Of a DNA stretch of 64,000 bases, positions 1 through 12,801 are shown in pieces; the first letter of the stretch is position 1; each line of letters opens with the position of its first letter. Position numbers and translations under genes: made by a program. The DNA is taken from contig NC_045697.1 of assembly GCF_009834535.1 (NCBI RefSeq), positions 105,092,001 to 105,156,000 of the forward strand. The letters are read 5' to 3'. The notes under the pieces were generated by a model. That model was not told where the DNA came from and did not search any database. It saw only the letters and a list, made by a program, of their open reading frames with translations. Source of the stretch: Camelus ferus (lineage: Eukaryota).

Positions 1-192
1 ACTGAACCTTTACAGAAAGTAAAAGCAAATGGCTCATGCAAGAGATAAGGCATCTGTGAAGCTCATGAAAAGCTTCTCCAAAAAACGAGAGATTTAGATT
101 GTAAAATGGGGTGTAGTAGATTGCAAACCAGGACATCTGTGGAATATAACATGACACACATTTGACCCTCTGTTGTTTAAAAAGTACACTCC

Positions 193-500
193 AACGTTCA
201 ACAGCAGCACTATTTACAATAGCCAAGACAGGGAAGCATCCCAAATGTCCATCGACAGATGACTGAATAAAGAAGATGTGGTATCTGTGTGTGTGTGTGT
301 GTGTGCACGCGCGCATGTGTAAAATGGAATATTACTCAGCCATAAAAAATAACAAAATAATGCCATTTGCAGCAACACATATGGACCTGGAGATGGTCAT
401 TCTAAGTCAAGTAAGCCAGAAAGAGAAAGAAAAATGCCATATGATATCACTCATATGTGGAAACCTAAAAAAATAGACTTAAATGAACTAATTATTTATA
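193..500 (+). mobile_element. L1 fragment (ORF2 C-terminus and start of 3'UTR) with internal (TG)n
   Basis: GCAGCACTATTTACAATAGCCAAGAC...AATGGAATATTACTCAGCCATAAAAAA...ATGGACCTGGAG; ORF 276..476 reads MEYYSAIKNNKIMPFAATHMDLE, the L1 ORF2 end. Confidence 0.9.
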
Positions 501-3293
501 ACTTAGATGACTGATTTCTTGAATATGAGTAAGCCCATCTGACTGTCCTTTATGATTGGATTACCACATTCTGTTGATTCTTATTTTGTAGTTGGCTTTA
601 TTCCTCTGATAACTATGTAACTTTAAAAAGCTAAAGCTCTAAATTGTTCTTAGAAACAATGAACAGTACATATATATAAATTTTAAAATGGCTTTTTATC
701 TCTCAGTGAGTTGCTCTCCCTAGAATAAACTTTGTTTCCAAAAAAAAAAAAAAAAAAAAGCGCACTCCTGAGCATTTGATCCCCTCAGCTCCTCTGTGCT
801 GAAGGCAGAACCGGCACCTCTGGCTTTGCCACAGTGGGGCCCGGAGATGCGCAACCCACCAGCCCCTCAGCGGGCTGGCTTTGTGAGCTGCTCATTGTGT
901 CACTTCTGAAATCCCGGTTTATTATACGTAAACTTAGGAATTACTCCTAATCCCTGCTTTGTAGAGATGTAGGGACCAACAGTATGGAAGTCCTTAAATT
1001 ACAAAGCACTGTATGAACGTTCCACTTTTGTCACTGTTGCGGGTATCATGGAGAGAATAAAGATTCTTGAGAGACCAATGATCATTTTGGTTAAAACAGA
1101 CTAAGAAATAATCAGATTCTTAAAAATGACTTTCCAGGAGAATAATACTGTGTTCTGGTTATTATTTTTCTACATAGGATAGTAAATCCAGAGAAAAACC
1201 AGACAGGATGCAAATTTTTAGGAAGGCAGACATGACTTGCCCCCAGTAGGATGCGAACTCAACACCTCCATGTCAAAGTGTTTCTGTTATCAGTTAGAAC
1301 TGTCTCCACCTGGATAAAAGGTTAAAGACAGACCTCAGGTTCTACTTGAAAACAGATTAGAAAGTTAATGTGTAACAACACACCTAAAAAAGCACTTTTT
1401 GTCACTTCAACATGAAAGCATCTCTTTAACTCTTTCTTGAGGTATTATTCTCTGAATAACCTCCATCATTTTCATAGCTATCATTTATGCAGTGCCTACT
1501 GTACCCAAAGTTAAACTTTGTCTCGCCAATTCTCACATCCTTTGTACAGAATCATCCTCATACTCATGATAAGGAAATTTAGGCACATGGTGTAGCTGTG
1601 TACCTAAACCCAGGGTTTTTTTTTTTTTTTCTTCCAGACACATGACTTTTCCTCTCTCAATGCTGCTGGCTCAATTGTTTATAGCTCTTTTCTCCAGAGT
1701 ATTTCTCTACACCTATAAAGAGATATCTGGTACTCATATGATTTGTTATTATGTTATTATTTTTTGCTCCCCATTATGTGGCAAGATTTTGTGTTTTCAA
1801 ATTCCATTGCCGTTGCCATGGCGTGAAATTGAGTTCTCTAAATGAAGAGTACTGTGTACTCAATATAGCTTGAAGTTTCAAGAAAATAGGCCATCTTAAA
1901 AACACATCTTACATCCCATTATTTTTGCACAATTAGATTAAATGCACAGAAATGTATGTCCAAAGAAGTTGAAACAAGGAGAGTCTTTTTGGCACGAAAC
2001 TGGGATTAATTTTGCAGCATTACTTCACAGAAATACTCTGCCCCATGCTTTTATTCATTTAATAATCTTACCTTGTTTTGATTAAAAAATATATAGACTA
2101 CTTTGGGAAAGAAAATTCGTTTAATTCTTCTAAAAAATAAAAGTAAATGCAAAAGTCACCCTTGAACCCGCTGGGCTAATGTAAAGGAAGCAGGAGATTT
2201 TGGGGGTAGGAAATATTCCTGTATGAAAGTGGACGTCAGACCTGAATAACTGACAGTCATCAGTCTCTAGTTCTGAACCTGGACACACATTATCCATTTA
2301 TAAATGTCATCTCATTTGCAGGAACAGAATAAACTCCACTTCCAAAGAAATAAATACAACAGCCAAGAGAGACCCAGGTCCAATTCCAAAGACCTGGAGT
2401 TAAAATCCACGAGCATGATAGTTCTAAAATATTTTCAAAGAAACTCTTAAAAAAAAAAAGAAGAGAAGAGAAACATTTCAATAGTTTTGTCCTTTTCTCA
2501 AACTAGGAAACCAATTGTCTTCATAGAAACTCCATCCAGTCCTTGCTTAGAACACCCATTACAGTAAACTGCAATCACAAGACCATTTGGAAATAGTTTA
2601 AAAATATTAAAATAATCTAGTATCTCTAAACCTGATTCACTTAGAACAAAAGTGAATAATCAAAAGAGTTAGAAAATACTTTTTTCCAGGCTTCCCAGAG
2701 AATTTAGGGTTGGAAATGGAATTTATTCACATAAGAGTAGGAATCAGAAAAAGGCCCATTAAAATCAGAGTGGGAAGGGCATTCACAATTTAAATAATTG
2801 GTATGTTAGTTGCCTGCTCTTAATGTTGTAGCTAAAAGATCTGAACAACTTTTGTATCTAAAGAACTCATGTTCTCTTGCCATGATTAAATGTTAACAAT
2901 GTTGTTCTATTTCACATTATGAGAATGGTCCACTGAAACCATTGCCTAGTGGCTGTCAGAAGGAACACTCCTGCTTTGGTATTTAAGTACTGGCTTACCG
3001 AAATACTGCTAACAAAAGTATTCGAAAAGCTTAGTTACTCAGTTATCTGGAGGTCCATATTGGAGGCAGCTGATTTGGGAAATTACTACCCCAAACTAAA
3101 TACATTCCTGGAATCATATTCATGTTCTGTTCTGACAGAACTAGACATTTGATAAGCCCAAACCACATAACATTCCAGCCTATGGAGACGTTGGGAGCTC
3201 AAAGAATTAGCCAGAATACCTCCAGAGACTCCTCATGCTGTGACCATCAACAAGGAGAATGCAAGCCAACTTCTATTTAAAGAATTTCTGCAA

Positions 3294-3762
3294 GAATTGA
3301 AAGCAGGGTCTTGAAGAGATATTTGTGCATCATGTCCATAACAGCACTGTTAACAATATCCAGAAGGTGGAAGCAACCCAAGTGCCCATCAACAGATGAA
3401 TGATAACCAAAGCGTGGTACATACATGCAGTGAAATATTACTTAGCCCAGAAAAGGAAGGATATTCTGACACACGCTACAACATGGATGAACCTTGATGA
3501 CATTATGCAACGTGAAATAAGGCAGTCACAAAAAGCCAAATACAGTATGAGTTCACGTATATGAGTTACCTGGAGTAGTCAAATTCATAGAGACAGGAAG
3601 TAGAATGGTTGTTACCAGGGGTTGGGGGTGGGGGAGGTAGGGATTTGTTTACATAACAATGTGAATATATTCGACATCATTGAACTATGTAGTTAAAACT
3701 GGTTAAGATGATAAATTTTATGAGTATTTTATCACAATTGAAAATTTTTTAATTAAAAAAGA
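3294..3762 (+). mobile_element. Old L1 3' end (L1MB-like)
   Basis: GAATTGAAAGCAGGGTCTTGAAGAGATATTTG...ACATGGATGAACCTTGA...GTAGTCAAATTCATAGAGACAG...A-rich tail. Confidence 0.85.
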
Positions 3763-3764
3763 AA

Positions 3765-4703
3765 ACACTTGCAAATCATATGACCAATAAAGGGTTAATA
3801 TCCAAGATATATAAACGGCTCATACAACTCAATATCAAAAAAACAAACAACACAATTAAAAGAAGGGCAGAAGATCTGAATAGACATTTTTTCTAGGGGA
3901 GACATGGCCAACAAGCACATGAGAAGATGCTCAATGTCATTAATCATCAGAGAAATGAAAATTAAAACTATAATGAGCTATCACCTCACACCTGTCAGAA
4001 GGGCTGTCATCAAAAAAAAAAAAAAAAAACCCACAAAGAAAAAATGTTGGCAAGGGTGTTGAAAAATGGGAGCCCTTATACACTGTTTTGGTGGCAATGT
4101 AAATTGATGCAACCATCGTGGAAAACAGTATGGAGGTATCTCAAAAAACTAAAAATCAAACTACCATATCATCTAGCAATTCCACTGCTGGGTATGTATC
4201 TGAAGAAAATGAAAACACTAATTTGAAAAGATACATGCACCCCAAAGTTCATAGCAGCATTATTTATAATTGCCAAGATATGGACACAGCCTAAGTGTCC
4301 ATCAACAGATGACTAGATAAAGACAATATGATTTATATATACAATGGAATACTACTCAGTCATAAAAAAGAATGGAATTTTGCCATGTGCAAAAACACAG
4401 ATGGACTTGGTGGGTATTATGCTTACTGAAATATATCAGACAGAGAAAGACAAATACGGTATGTTATCACTTATACGTGGAATCTAAAAAATAAAACAAA
4501 TAAGTGAATATAACAAAACAGAGGCAGACTCACAGATATAGAGAGGGGAGGAGGGGAGGAGCAAGATAGGGATGGAGTAGAAAGAAGTACAAACTACTAT
4601 GTATAAAATAGATAAGCTAAAAATTGTGAATCAGTCTGTTGTATACCTGAAACTTAATATAATGTTGTACATCAACTATACCTCAATTTAAGGGGAAAAA
4701 AAA
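3765..4703 (+). mobile_element. 5'-truncated L1 (ORF2 3' part plus 3'UTR)
   Basis: TTGCAAATCATAT...GGGCAGAAGATCTGAATAGACATTT...CTATACCTCAAT plus A tail; ORF 4044..4226 is L1 ORF2-like ([25 protein letters not shown]). Confidence 0.9.
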
Positions 4704-7589
4704 GGGAATCCCTGCAACCCATGATCCTTCCTGCTATACTTTGATAGAGATTAAGAAACTAAGATTTGTGTTTAATTCTCTTAGGGTTCAGGTTTTTCAT
4801 TCATTCCTCTTCTAATATATAAAATATCTCCTTTCCCCTCTATTTTTACTACTTGCCTTTTGCCTTTTTGTGTTTTGATAGATTTTTAGTCTTATGGTGT
4901 CCATGTTTTTATTGGAAGCTGTGCTAAATGCTTTTTGAAAGCAGGAAGAGTGAAAATTCTTTAATAAGCCATAGTTTCAAAAAGGCAGTCTGAAACAGTT
5001 CCTTAAAGGCCTGTCTGCTGTAGTTTTGGTACCCTAAGGGGGGAAGGGGAAATAGAACTACCTTTATCACTCCTTTCTCTTTCCAAGAACTCACATTTAA
5101 TAACTGCAATCCTTTCACACTGGCTGGTTTTATAAATGCCACAGCACAAGAGGTCCCCGAGTCTCCTACCCACGGGAGCCTATGAAAGGTACATGACATT
5201 TTCAAACTTAAGATCCTTTAGCAATACTGCACCAAACTGTACCTCTGCCACCTGCACATCTTTTATGTGTGTAAGGCATCACTTTATTTAGTAAGGACCT
5301 AGAAAAATAAACCCTTGAAATATTTCACGTTAGCCCTTGGATTAATAGGCAGCTCTCATCACCTGGAAAGTCTGTGTCCTTTTTTCTGGATAATAAGGCA
5401 CTTATCTTTCTATGATTGATTTTTGCACAGTGCATAGGTCCAAAATTATGAGTGCTAAATAATTATCTGATAGCTACAAAGAACAGGTAGATCCAATGGA
5501 CTTCACAGATTTTGCTCTTCAAATATAAATATAACAAAGAAAATCAGTGCTCGTTGAGGGTTGAACTCTTTGAAATCTCTAGAATCTCCAGGAGTCTCTT
5601 AATAAACCTGTTTGCGAACATGCTCTTACTTCCATAAATGTGTGTGTGTGTGTTACACTGCTGTAATGCAGAAATAGTGTCAGTCTTACAGCAGAGAGTT
5701 ACATAATTTGAGTGGTGTGGTGTACACAGATAATCACAGCAGCTCTGAAGGACCAGACCTTACATCTGATACTGCAACCACATCATTATGTCTGAATAAA
5801 TCTAACATCTTGTTACATGGTCAGCATGACAGATGGTCCCCGTCTCAAGCTTGTTATTTTCCTAAAAACAGCATGCAGAAACAGTCCTTTTTTTAAAAAA
5901 AAATCTTAATTAGAATAAAAATGACCTCAATTTGAGCATTCAAATTATTCCAGTTTATGGTTTTTAATTTTTTTTCAGAGGCTTACTAGATTTTTCCTTA
6001 ACTGACAAACAAGATACATCCGTAGGAGGACCATTTTGCCAGCTGCGGTTTTGACGTCTGTCCATTTTGATAGTATTTACATCATTTATTAACAGCCAGG
6101 GGAGAACTCAGCTGCTTAGGAATCGCTAAGGTTGTCTGTGGTTTGCTTTACTGGACTTATGCGCCACAGGGAGTGGCGTCCCAGGGGTCCTCATGACATT
6201 CCCGTATTCTCTATTAACTTCACATGGTCAAGACTAGTAATAGTTAAAGGCTAGTTCAAGGGTTTGTTCATTACCTTAATTGATGTTCCAGAAGGGATGT
6301 ATTTCATAGAACTGCCCTTGACCTAAGCATCACAATTTCCACTGACCTTAATGGCTGTTACGCAGATCAAAATAGTAATATGTGACCATCTAAACATCTA
6401 GAAAGGGCCTTTACCACTGACAGGCCTAGAAAACAATTTTCTTTATCATACATTTTATACACAGTTCTTGGTAAAACATTTTTCTGTGCTTTTGATTTTT
6501 AAATACTCATCTAGTTAGCATCATAGTTTCTTACACAGCTTGCAATAAAACATTCCTCTGTACCTTAAATTTTTAAGTACTTGTATAGTTATTACAGTTT
6601 CTTTTGGGTCCAGGCCACACGTTTTTCAAAGAAGAAAGAAACCTCTATGTTTATGTAGCCATAACCCATTGTGAAAATTCAGATTTCAGAGCAAGTTAAA
6701 TTAGGGGCACTGGTGATAAGTCACACGGGAAAAATGTTTTGGCTTGACCAAAGGTTTAATCTTAGCGTTCACTGCACTGTGAATTTCTGCAGGTCAGTTA
6801 CAATATAATTCACTTTGAAAAGTGATTTCTAAGCAACTTTCCATGACGCTATGTATTGTATCCTGTGAGCCACTTCCGTCCCTGGGATGTTTGACTAAAT
6901 CCCTCACACTAAGTAAGCTAAGGACCACAGCAAACTGCAGAAGATTTACAGTAACGGCTCACTGACTGTCAGCTACATCAGTAGGGGGCCTTCGGCACAG
7001 GCAAACAGGTGAAAACCACCAGCACTCCCTTCCTGCTGCCAGCAGTCAGTCTAGCAGGGGCACAGAGACCGGCCTGATTGTTCCCTGGACATTTTAAGAC
7101 CTAGTGAACCAAATGTTTTGATTCTTGGCTTTGGGAAGGAAGTTTACATAGGTCCTTGACCAAGAAGTGGGCTCTAGTTCTTGACTAGATAAAGTGACTT
7201 CCTGATTCCAAGTAAAAACAAGGAAGTCAAACCTCCTTGAAAATAGTATTCTAGGATTTGAATCCAAGCACTCTGGTCTCTCAGCCTTGCTCAGCTACCA
7301 TATTAAGGTTAAAATCCCCAACAGCATTCCTGGAACCTTCTGAGACGTAGTTAAGTGCTATCCATGCTCAGACTCAGTGCTGGAATTGCTCGACACACAG
7401 AAGGGATACAAAAGAGCAATATTCTCTCGTGAAAGAATTTTGTTTTTACATCATCAAGTCTCATTTTTGTTGGCTGTAGATTTCCAGAGTAAATTTTGGG
7501 AAATTTAACAGACTGTAGACAACAGATAGTTCACTCGAAGACAGAAAACCTTCAGTGAGCAATTATTGCTTCCAACAGGGTCATTTGGG

Positions 7590-7725
7590 GTATGCACTTA
7601 AGGATCTTGCTTAATTTCCATAAACGAACATAGTTTTTCTCATTTGTAAAAATGGGCCATAATAAAGGTAAGATTCCCACTTGAGAACTACTGAATTTCA
7701 AGAATGCACTGAATTTAGAAGTGTC
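7590..7725 (+). mobile_element. MIR fragment
   Basis: MIR core-like AGTTTTTCTCATTTGTAAAAATGGG. Confidence 0.5.
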
Positions 7726-9244
7726 GCTGGACTGTTGTTTGGGTAAAGGGCGAGAGCAAACCACTTTCTCCTTGAACAGTAAGAGATTTATATTAAACTG
7801 CAATTTACGGAGTCATTTTCTTCCTGAGGCAAAAGTCACATACGCCGAGCAACCGGGACCTGGCGTAGGTGATATAGGAGGACGTCCGTGCTGGTAACGC
7901 CCGGGTGTGCGGCCATGCTTCCAGGGCGACGGCAGAGCCACTCACCCTTGCGGAGGTGGCGCTGGAGTGTGTGTGTTAGGATGGAGACGAGGAAGGCGGA
8001 AAGCCAGCTGGACCCCAGAGTCCTTCTACCTTGAAAGTCTTGCTTTGGAAGAAGGAAACAGCTAAGCGTTCAGAGACTGCTACCACAGACCCTATTCAAT
8101 TCCTTAATCAAACTGGGTCCTAGAAAACATTTTCCGGTGCCATAATCCTGGGGGAAAGGTAGTGTCTCTTGTTTGAATCATTTGAAAAGCTGATAAAGCA
8201 TCTGCCTAAATTTAAAAAAAAAAAGATGATGTTTGACTCAATTAATTTATTAGAACTTAGCCACATGTCCTTTTTTCTTACTGATGCTGAACATCTGTCA
8301 CAAGGCAGATTTTGTTCAGGACATGCTGAACAACTGCATCATTCATGCCGGGGTTGGCGGGGGGAGAAGTACCACACCAGCAGGCCGCCGCCTGGGAGGG
8401 CCACCCGTGCCCCATAAACGTCAACACTGGAGCACATGCTGCCCCCGCACACGAAAGGACATGAGCACAATGAATGCTTATTCATAGGACAGCCTCAACG
8501 GTTCTTCTCTGTTTTATCTGCTGGTGGAGAACTGCTGATCAAGACAGCCAAGGAGCACAGCAGATGCCGTCTAACCTTCTCTTCTACTCAGAAATTCGGT
8601 GAAGTTCTGAACTTCTTCTAATTAGAACAAAGTGGCCACAGAGTCTCTCCTGAATGACAAACAAATGATTCTTTGGGTTTTTGTGTTCATTGCCTAGAAG
8701 CCAAGAGAGTTAAGGCCCAAGCTGCAGAAGCGTTAGCTCCCTGGGGTCCCCTGAGCAGGCAGGACCCCAGTCCTCAGCCCACGCCAGCAAGAGAAGTGGC
8801 GGCCACTTAAGGCCCCCTCCGTGTATGCTCTGCACCAAGAACTGGGGGTGTGGCTGGGGGGCATGGGCAGCCGCTTGGCAGCAATGTTCTCTGCAACGAG
8901 GACAAAGGGCAGCAGTCAGGAAAATAGGAAATACGATAAAAATTAGAAAAGCAAAATCATCCCTCCCAGGAACATCTGGGACAGAAATGTCAATGATTTC
9001 AAGACCAAGACTGGTGGAGCTTGTGAGAAACAAGTTTTCCGTGGAGGGTTACCATTCCAAAGGAAAGAGCCCAAGAGTCACAGTGAAGTAAAAAAAGCAA
9101 CTTCGGTCATCGGTTTTCTCCCCCCTAAAAAATGTGAAAAAGCCTTAAGGCACCTGATTTCAACGTTAAGATATCGGGGTGGAACCTTTTGATTCAATAA
9201 ATGCAGTATTTGGTGATAACGTCTCAGTCTCCATGAGAGACATC

Positions 9245-9421
9245 GAAGGGAGAAGACAGGAGGGGAAACGGGGAGAGAAAGCCAGAAAATGGGGAGGAAG
9301 GGAGGGAATGGGGTCAAGCAGAAGTGGAGGGATGCGAGGAGACAAAGGGGAGAGGCCAGCTGTGGTGAGAAGGAGGGGAGGGAAGGCAGAAACAGCGAGA
9401 AGAGGAGAGGGAGAGAGAGAG
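9245..9421. repeat. GA-rich low-complexity tract
   Basis: About 175 nt dominated by G and A; explains the stack of overlapping low-complexity ORFs at 9078-9690. Confidence 0.75.
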
Positions 9422-10508
9422 TCCCCTCCACTCCTGAGGGTGAACCTGCAGCCCCTGTGGCTCCACCACTTCAATTCTGCATCCCAGAGACTCATCCCCT
9501 CTCCTCTCGGGATGGTTTCTCATGCCTGGACCACACGCACCGCCTCTGCACTCTGCCCAGCATGATGCTAACCCTCCTTTGGGGGTGGACACAGCCTTCA
9601 AAGCGAGACAACTCTGCCAGCAGCTTTCCTTGAGGGGTCCCTTTCTCCTTAGGCTCCCGGAGCACCCGCCTTAGGAAAAACGCCTTTGTCATTGATCATC
9701 CACGCTTCATCTAGGCAGGATGCCATTCCTGTGCTTGTGTCTTAATTCACCAACCCCACAACTGAATTTGGGAGGACGGAAACTGTGACTTTCACTCTGG
9801 ACTCCTTATAGCAGCCATCACAGAGCCTTGTACATTGCAGATATTCCTTAATATTTACTCCTGACTGGTGAAAAGCCAGTCATTTTTCTTTTTTCTTTTT
9901 TTGCTAAACAATAAAAATAAAGAGATTTAAATTTCACTTTAGGGGAAGTGATTTAATATTGTCCTCCTCATTCTAACACAAATGCTCACAGCTGTAAGTG
10001 CTCCAATTGGCAAAGCAGAACTAAAGAATCACAGACTGCAAGAGGCTGGAAGGGAACCCCGCGAGCCTTCCATCGCCATTACTTTGGAGATGAGGGGACA
10101 CACGTGGTGTGATGCAAACAAGGTGAGCGTTCAGGGCAGTCCTGGGCTCATGCCTGAGGTCCACCTCACCATGGTTATGTGATCTGGGATGATCTCCTGA
10201 AACTCCCTCCATCCAAGGCAGCTGTACCATTTACAAAACAGTGACAATCACACTTGTTTTAAAATGATTGTCTGTAAATGAGATTGGTTATACAAAAGCG
10301 TTACGCAGAGCTAAGGGCACATGGCGGTCCTATGAGGATTCTGCTACTAGAACTTTTAAGCACAGAGACTATGTTCTACTGAGCTCCGATTCTCTGGTGT
10401 GGGACGTACAGATGATTAAATGAGAAACAGAGATCTGGACCTCAAGAGAAGCTTCCCAAAAGCCAAGCAGACTCAGGGGCTGGGTTGGGGTTTAAAGATC
10501 ACCGAGAC

Positions 10509-11012
10509 CAGTGGTTCTCAATGTGTGATCTGAGGATGGCAGGGCATCCTCAGGACCCTTTCCAGGAGTCAGTGAGGTCCTCCTTTCTCTGACTCCACAT
10601 GTGATGAGGCTGAATCTTTTCCCTACACTTCAACCAAACAACCAATCACAAAAGACTGGATGTCAGAAGCCAATAAGAGGATGCAACTGTCTTCATTTCA
10701 GTCCGATTGAAGGAATTTGCAAAGAAGTCTAAACAATACCATGCTTCAAATTTTTTTGTTTTGAAAAGAGTTATTTTTAAATAAAATATATGTGCTATTG
10801 TATTTATGTTGTGCTGTTTATATAATATGTAATAGGTTATTGTTATTTTTAAATGAATTGCTAAATCAGTATTTTAAAAAATTCCTGTTTCAATTTCTGA
10901 TACAGGTAAATACCAACAGCTATAACTTACGTAAACAAAAAGCTCTTTGGAGTCTGCAATGATTTTAAGAGCATAAAGGGGGTCCTGAGAACAGAAAATC
11001 TGTGAACCGCTC
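10509..11012. mobile_element. hAT-Charlie non-autonomous element (Charlie4a-like) inserted in a MIR
   Basis: Termini CAGTGGTTCTCA ... TGTGAACCGCT; about 500 bp; internal AAAAGCTCTTTGGAGTC...GGGGTCCTGAGA; MIR-like sequence on both flanks. Confidence 0.75.
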
Positions 11013-11705
11013 ATCTGGTCCAATTCTTTCATGCTGCAGGAGGGAGATGAGGGCGCCGTGAAGGTAACTCACTCGCTGGACGTCAAGGTCCTTACCAGCA
11101 AAATTAGGGACTGAGCCCAGGGACCATGCTCAACAAAGGAGCTCTTACGTACTGCCGTGGTATCAGAAAGGAAGGACACAGACCTGGAGGACTAGTTCAC
11201 ACTTTGAACCAAAGCTCCAGTTCTTCTAAGAACGTTTTATTTCCCATTTGTGTTCTTTATACACTGGGCATGTTCTCACCCATTTTAAAGAATATCTCTT
11301 ATGAAAGATGATATACGATTGGTCAGTTAAGGTTCCAAATATATATGGTGCCTGAAACCACCTAATGAAACCAGTATTTGCTCCAAAGGTCCACTCGGGT
11401 GTAACTGCCTGAAAAATTAAGTTCCATGGTCAAGGAACAAGCCTTGCTGTAGCTGAAAAATCGAGTTTTGGACTCTGAGACATCTGGGTTCAAAACTTTG
11501 AGCCTTCGTCTCTTCATCTTTGAAAGAGATAATAAATTCCCACATTACAAAGCCGTAAGGCTGAAACAGGACCATGTGTGGGAGACAGCATATAGCATAA
11601 TGCCTTTCACAAGCTTTCAGCATCGGCTTATAATCCTTTAAATTCACCCTCTAAACTGTGTGATTATTAATTACTTTGCACTCTAATATCCATGTAAATG
11701 GAGAG

Positions 11706-12073
11706 TGTTATCGACTGAGTATTTGTGTCCCCACACCCCTACCACCAACCTGGCCAATTCATATGTTGAAGTTCTAACCCTTCAATGCAGTGGTATGGGG
11801 GGGTGTTGAGAGGCAACTACAGTTAAATGAGGTCATGAGGGTGGATCCCCCATGGTGAGATTAGTGCCCTTATAAAAAGCAGCAGAGACACCAGAGCTTC
11901 CTTTCTCCACCATGTGAAGATAGTGAGAAGGCAGCCCTCCCTCTGCAAGCCAGTGAGAAGGCCTTCACCGGAACCCCACCAAGCTGGCATCCTGATCTTG
12001 GACTTCCAGCCTCTAACACTGTGAGAAATAAATGTCTGTTTTTTAAACCACCTGGCCTGAGGTGCCTAAGACA
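11706..12073 (+). mobile_element. MaLR solo LTR (MLT1A-like)
   Basis: TG...CA termini with perfect 5-bp TSD GAGAG (11701-11705 and 12074-12078); diagnostic GATCTTGGACTTCCAGCCTCTAACACTGTGAGAAATAAATG. Confidence 0.92.
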
Positions 12074-12580
12074 GAGAGGGATATCATGCCGGTAGCAGAA
12101 GGGGAATTAGGAACTTATAAACCACTGGTTCCATTGATTCTTTTGAAGCAGCTTCTATTTCAAGCTGGAGGGGCACAGAAGACGGGCCCAGTTACACAAG
12201 GCTGTGACACCTGTATATACGTGCGTCGGCTGGGGTGACACTCCTGCTGCAGCACCAACGATCCAGACACACAGATGAGCTTTAAATAAGAAGACCGAGC
12301 GTCTCCAAATAGGACCTCCTTTTTTTGGTTTTTCTCCCCTCTCCACTTCTTTCTTTCAGAAAAGTATCAATCTCAGAGCTTACACAAAATTAAACAGCCT
12401 TTTCAGAGCCCTCCCCAAACACAACCCTATTAAATTAGCTTAGGGTTTCATGGATGGAAGGGAGGGATCTAAAACCATAATCATCTCCCATGTGTTACTC
12501 AACAGAAATGGAACATCACATGGTTCGGTTCTGGTTCTAGAAGTGTCTAAAGACACAAGTTCAGAAAATACTTTCTATAT

Positions 12581-12754
12581 ACAAAATAGACAGACAACAA
12601 GTTCATACTGTACAGCACAGGGAACTATACTCAACATCTTGTAGTAACTTACGGTGAAAAAGAATACGAAAATGAATATATGCATGTTCATATACGACTG
12701 AAGCATGTGCTGTACACCAGAAATTCACACACTGTAAACTGACTGTACTTCAAT

Positions 12755-12785
<31 letters not shown>

Positions 12786-12801
12786 TACACATACAAAAAA
12801 G
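12581..12801 (+). mobile_element. Young L1 3' end, 5'-truncated
   Basis: GCACAGGGAACTATACTCAA...TGTACACCAGAAATT...TTCAATAAA plus A/(TA)n tail; 18-bp TSD AGAA[A/G]ATACTTTCTATAT (12563-12580 and 12802-12819). Confidence 0.9.

Noticed and set aside
9078..9692. Stack of overlapping ORFs on both strands
   Set aside because: Caused by the stop-poor GA-rich tract; translations are low-complexity.
10927..10934. Perfect TTACGTAA D-box
   Set aside because: A single 8-mer inside a Charlie element with non-consensus flanks; expected by chance.
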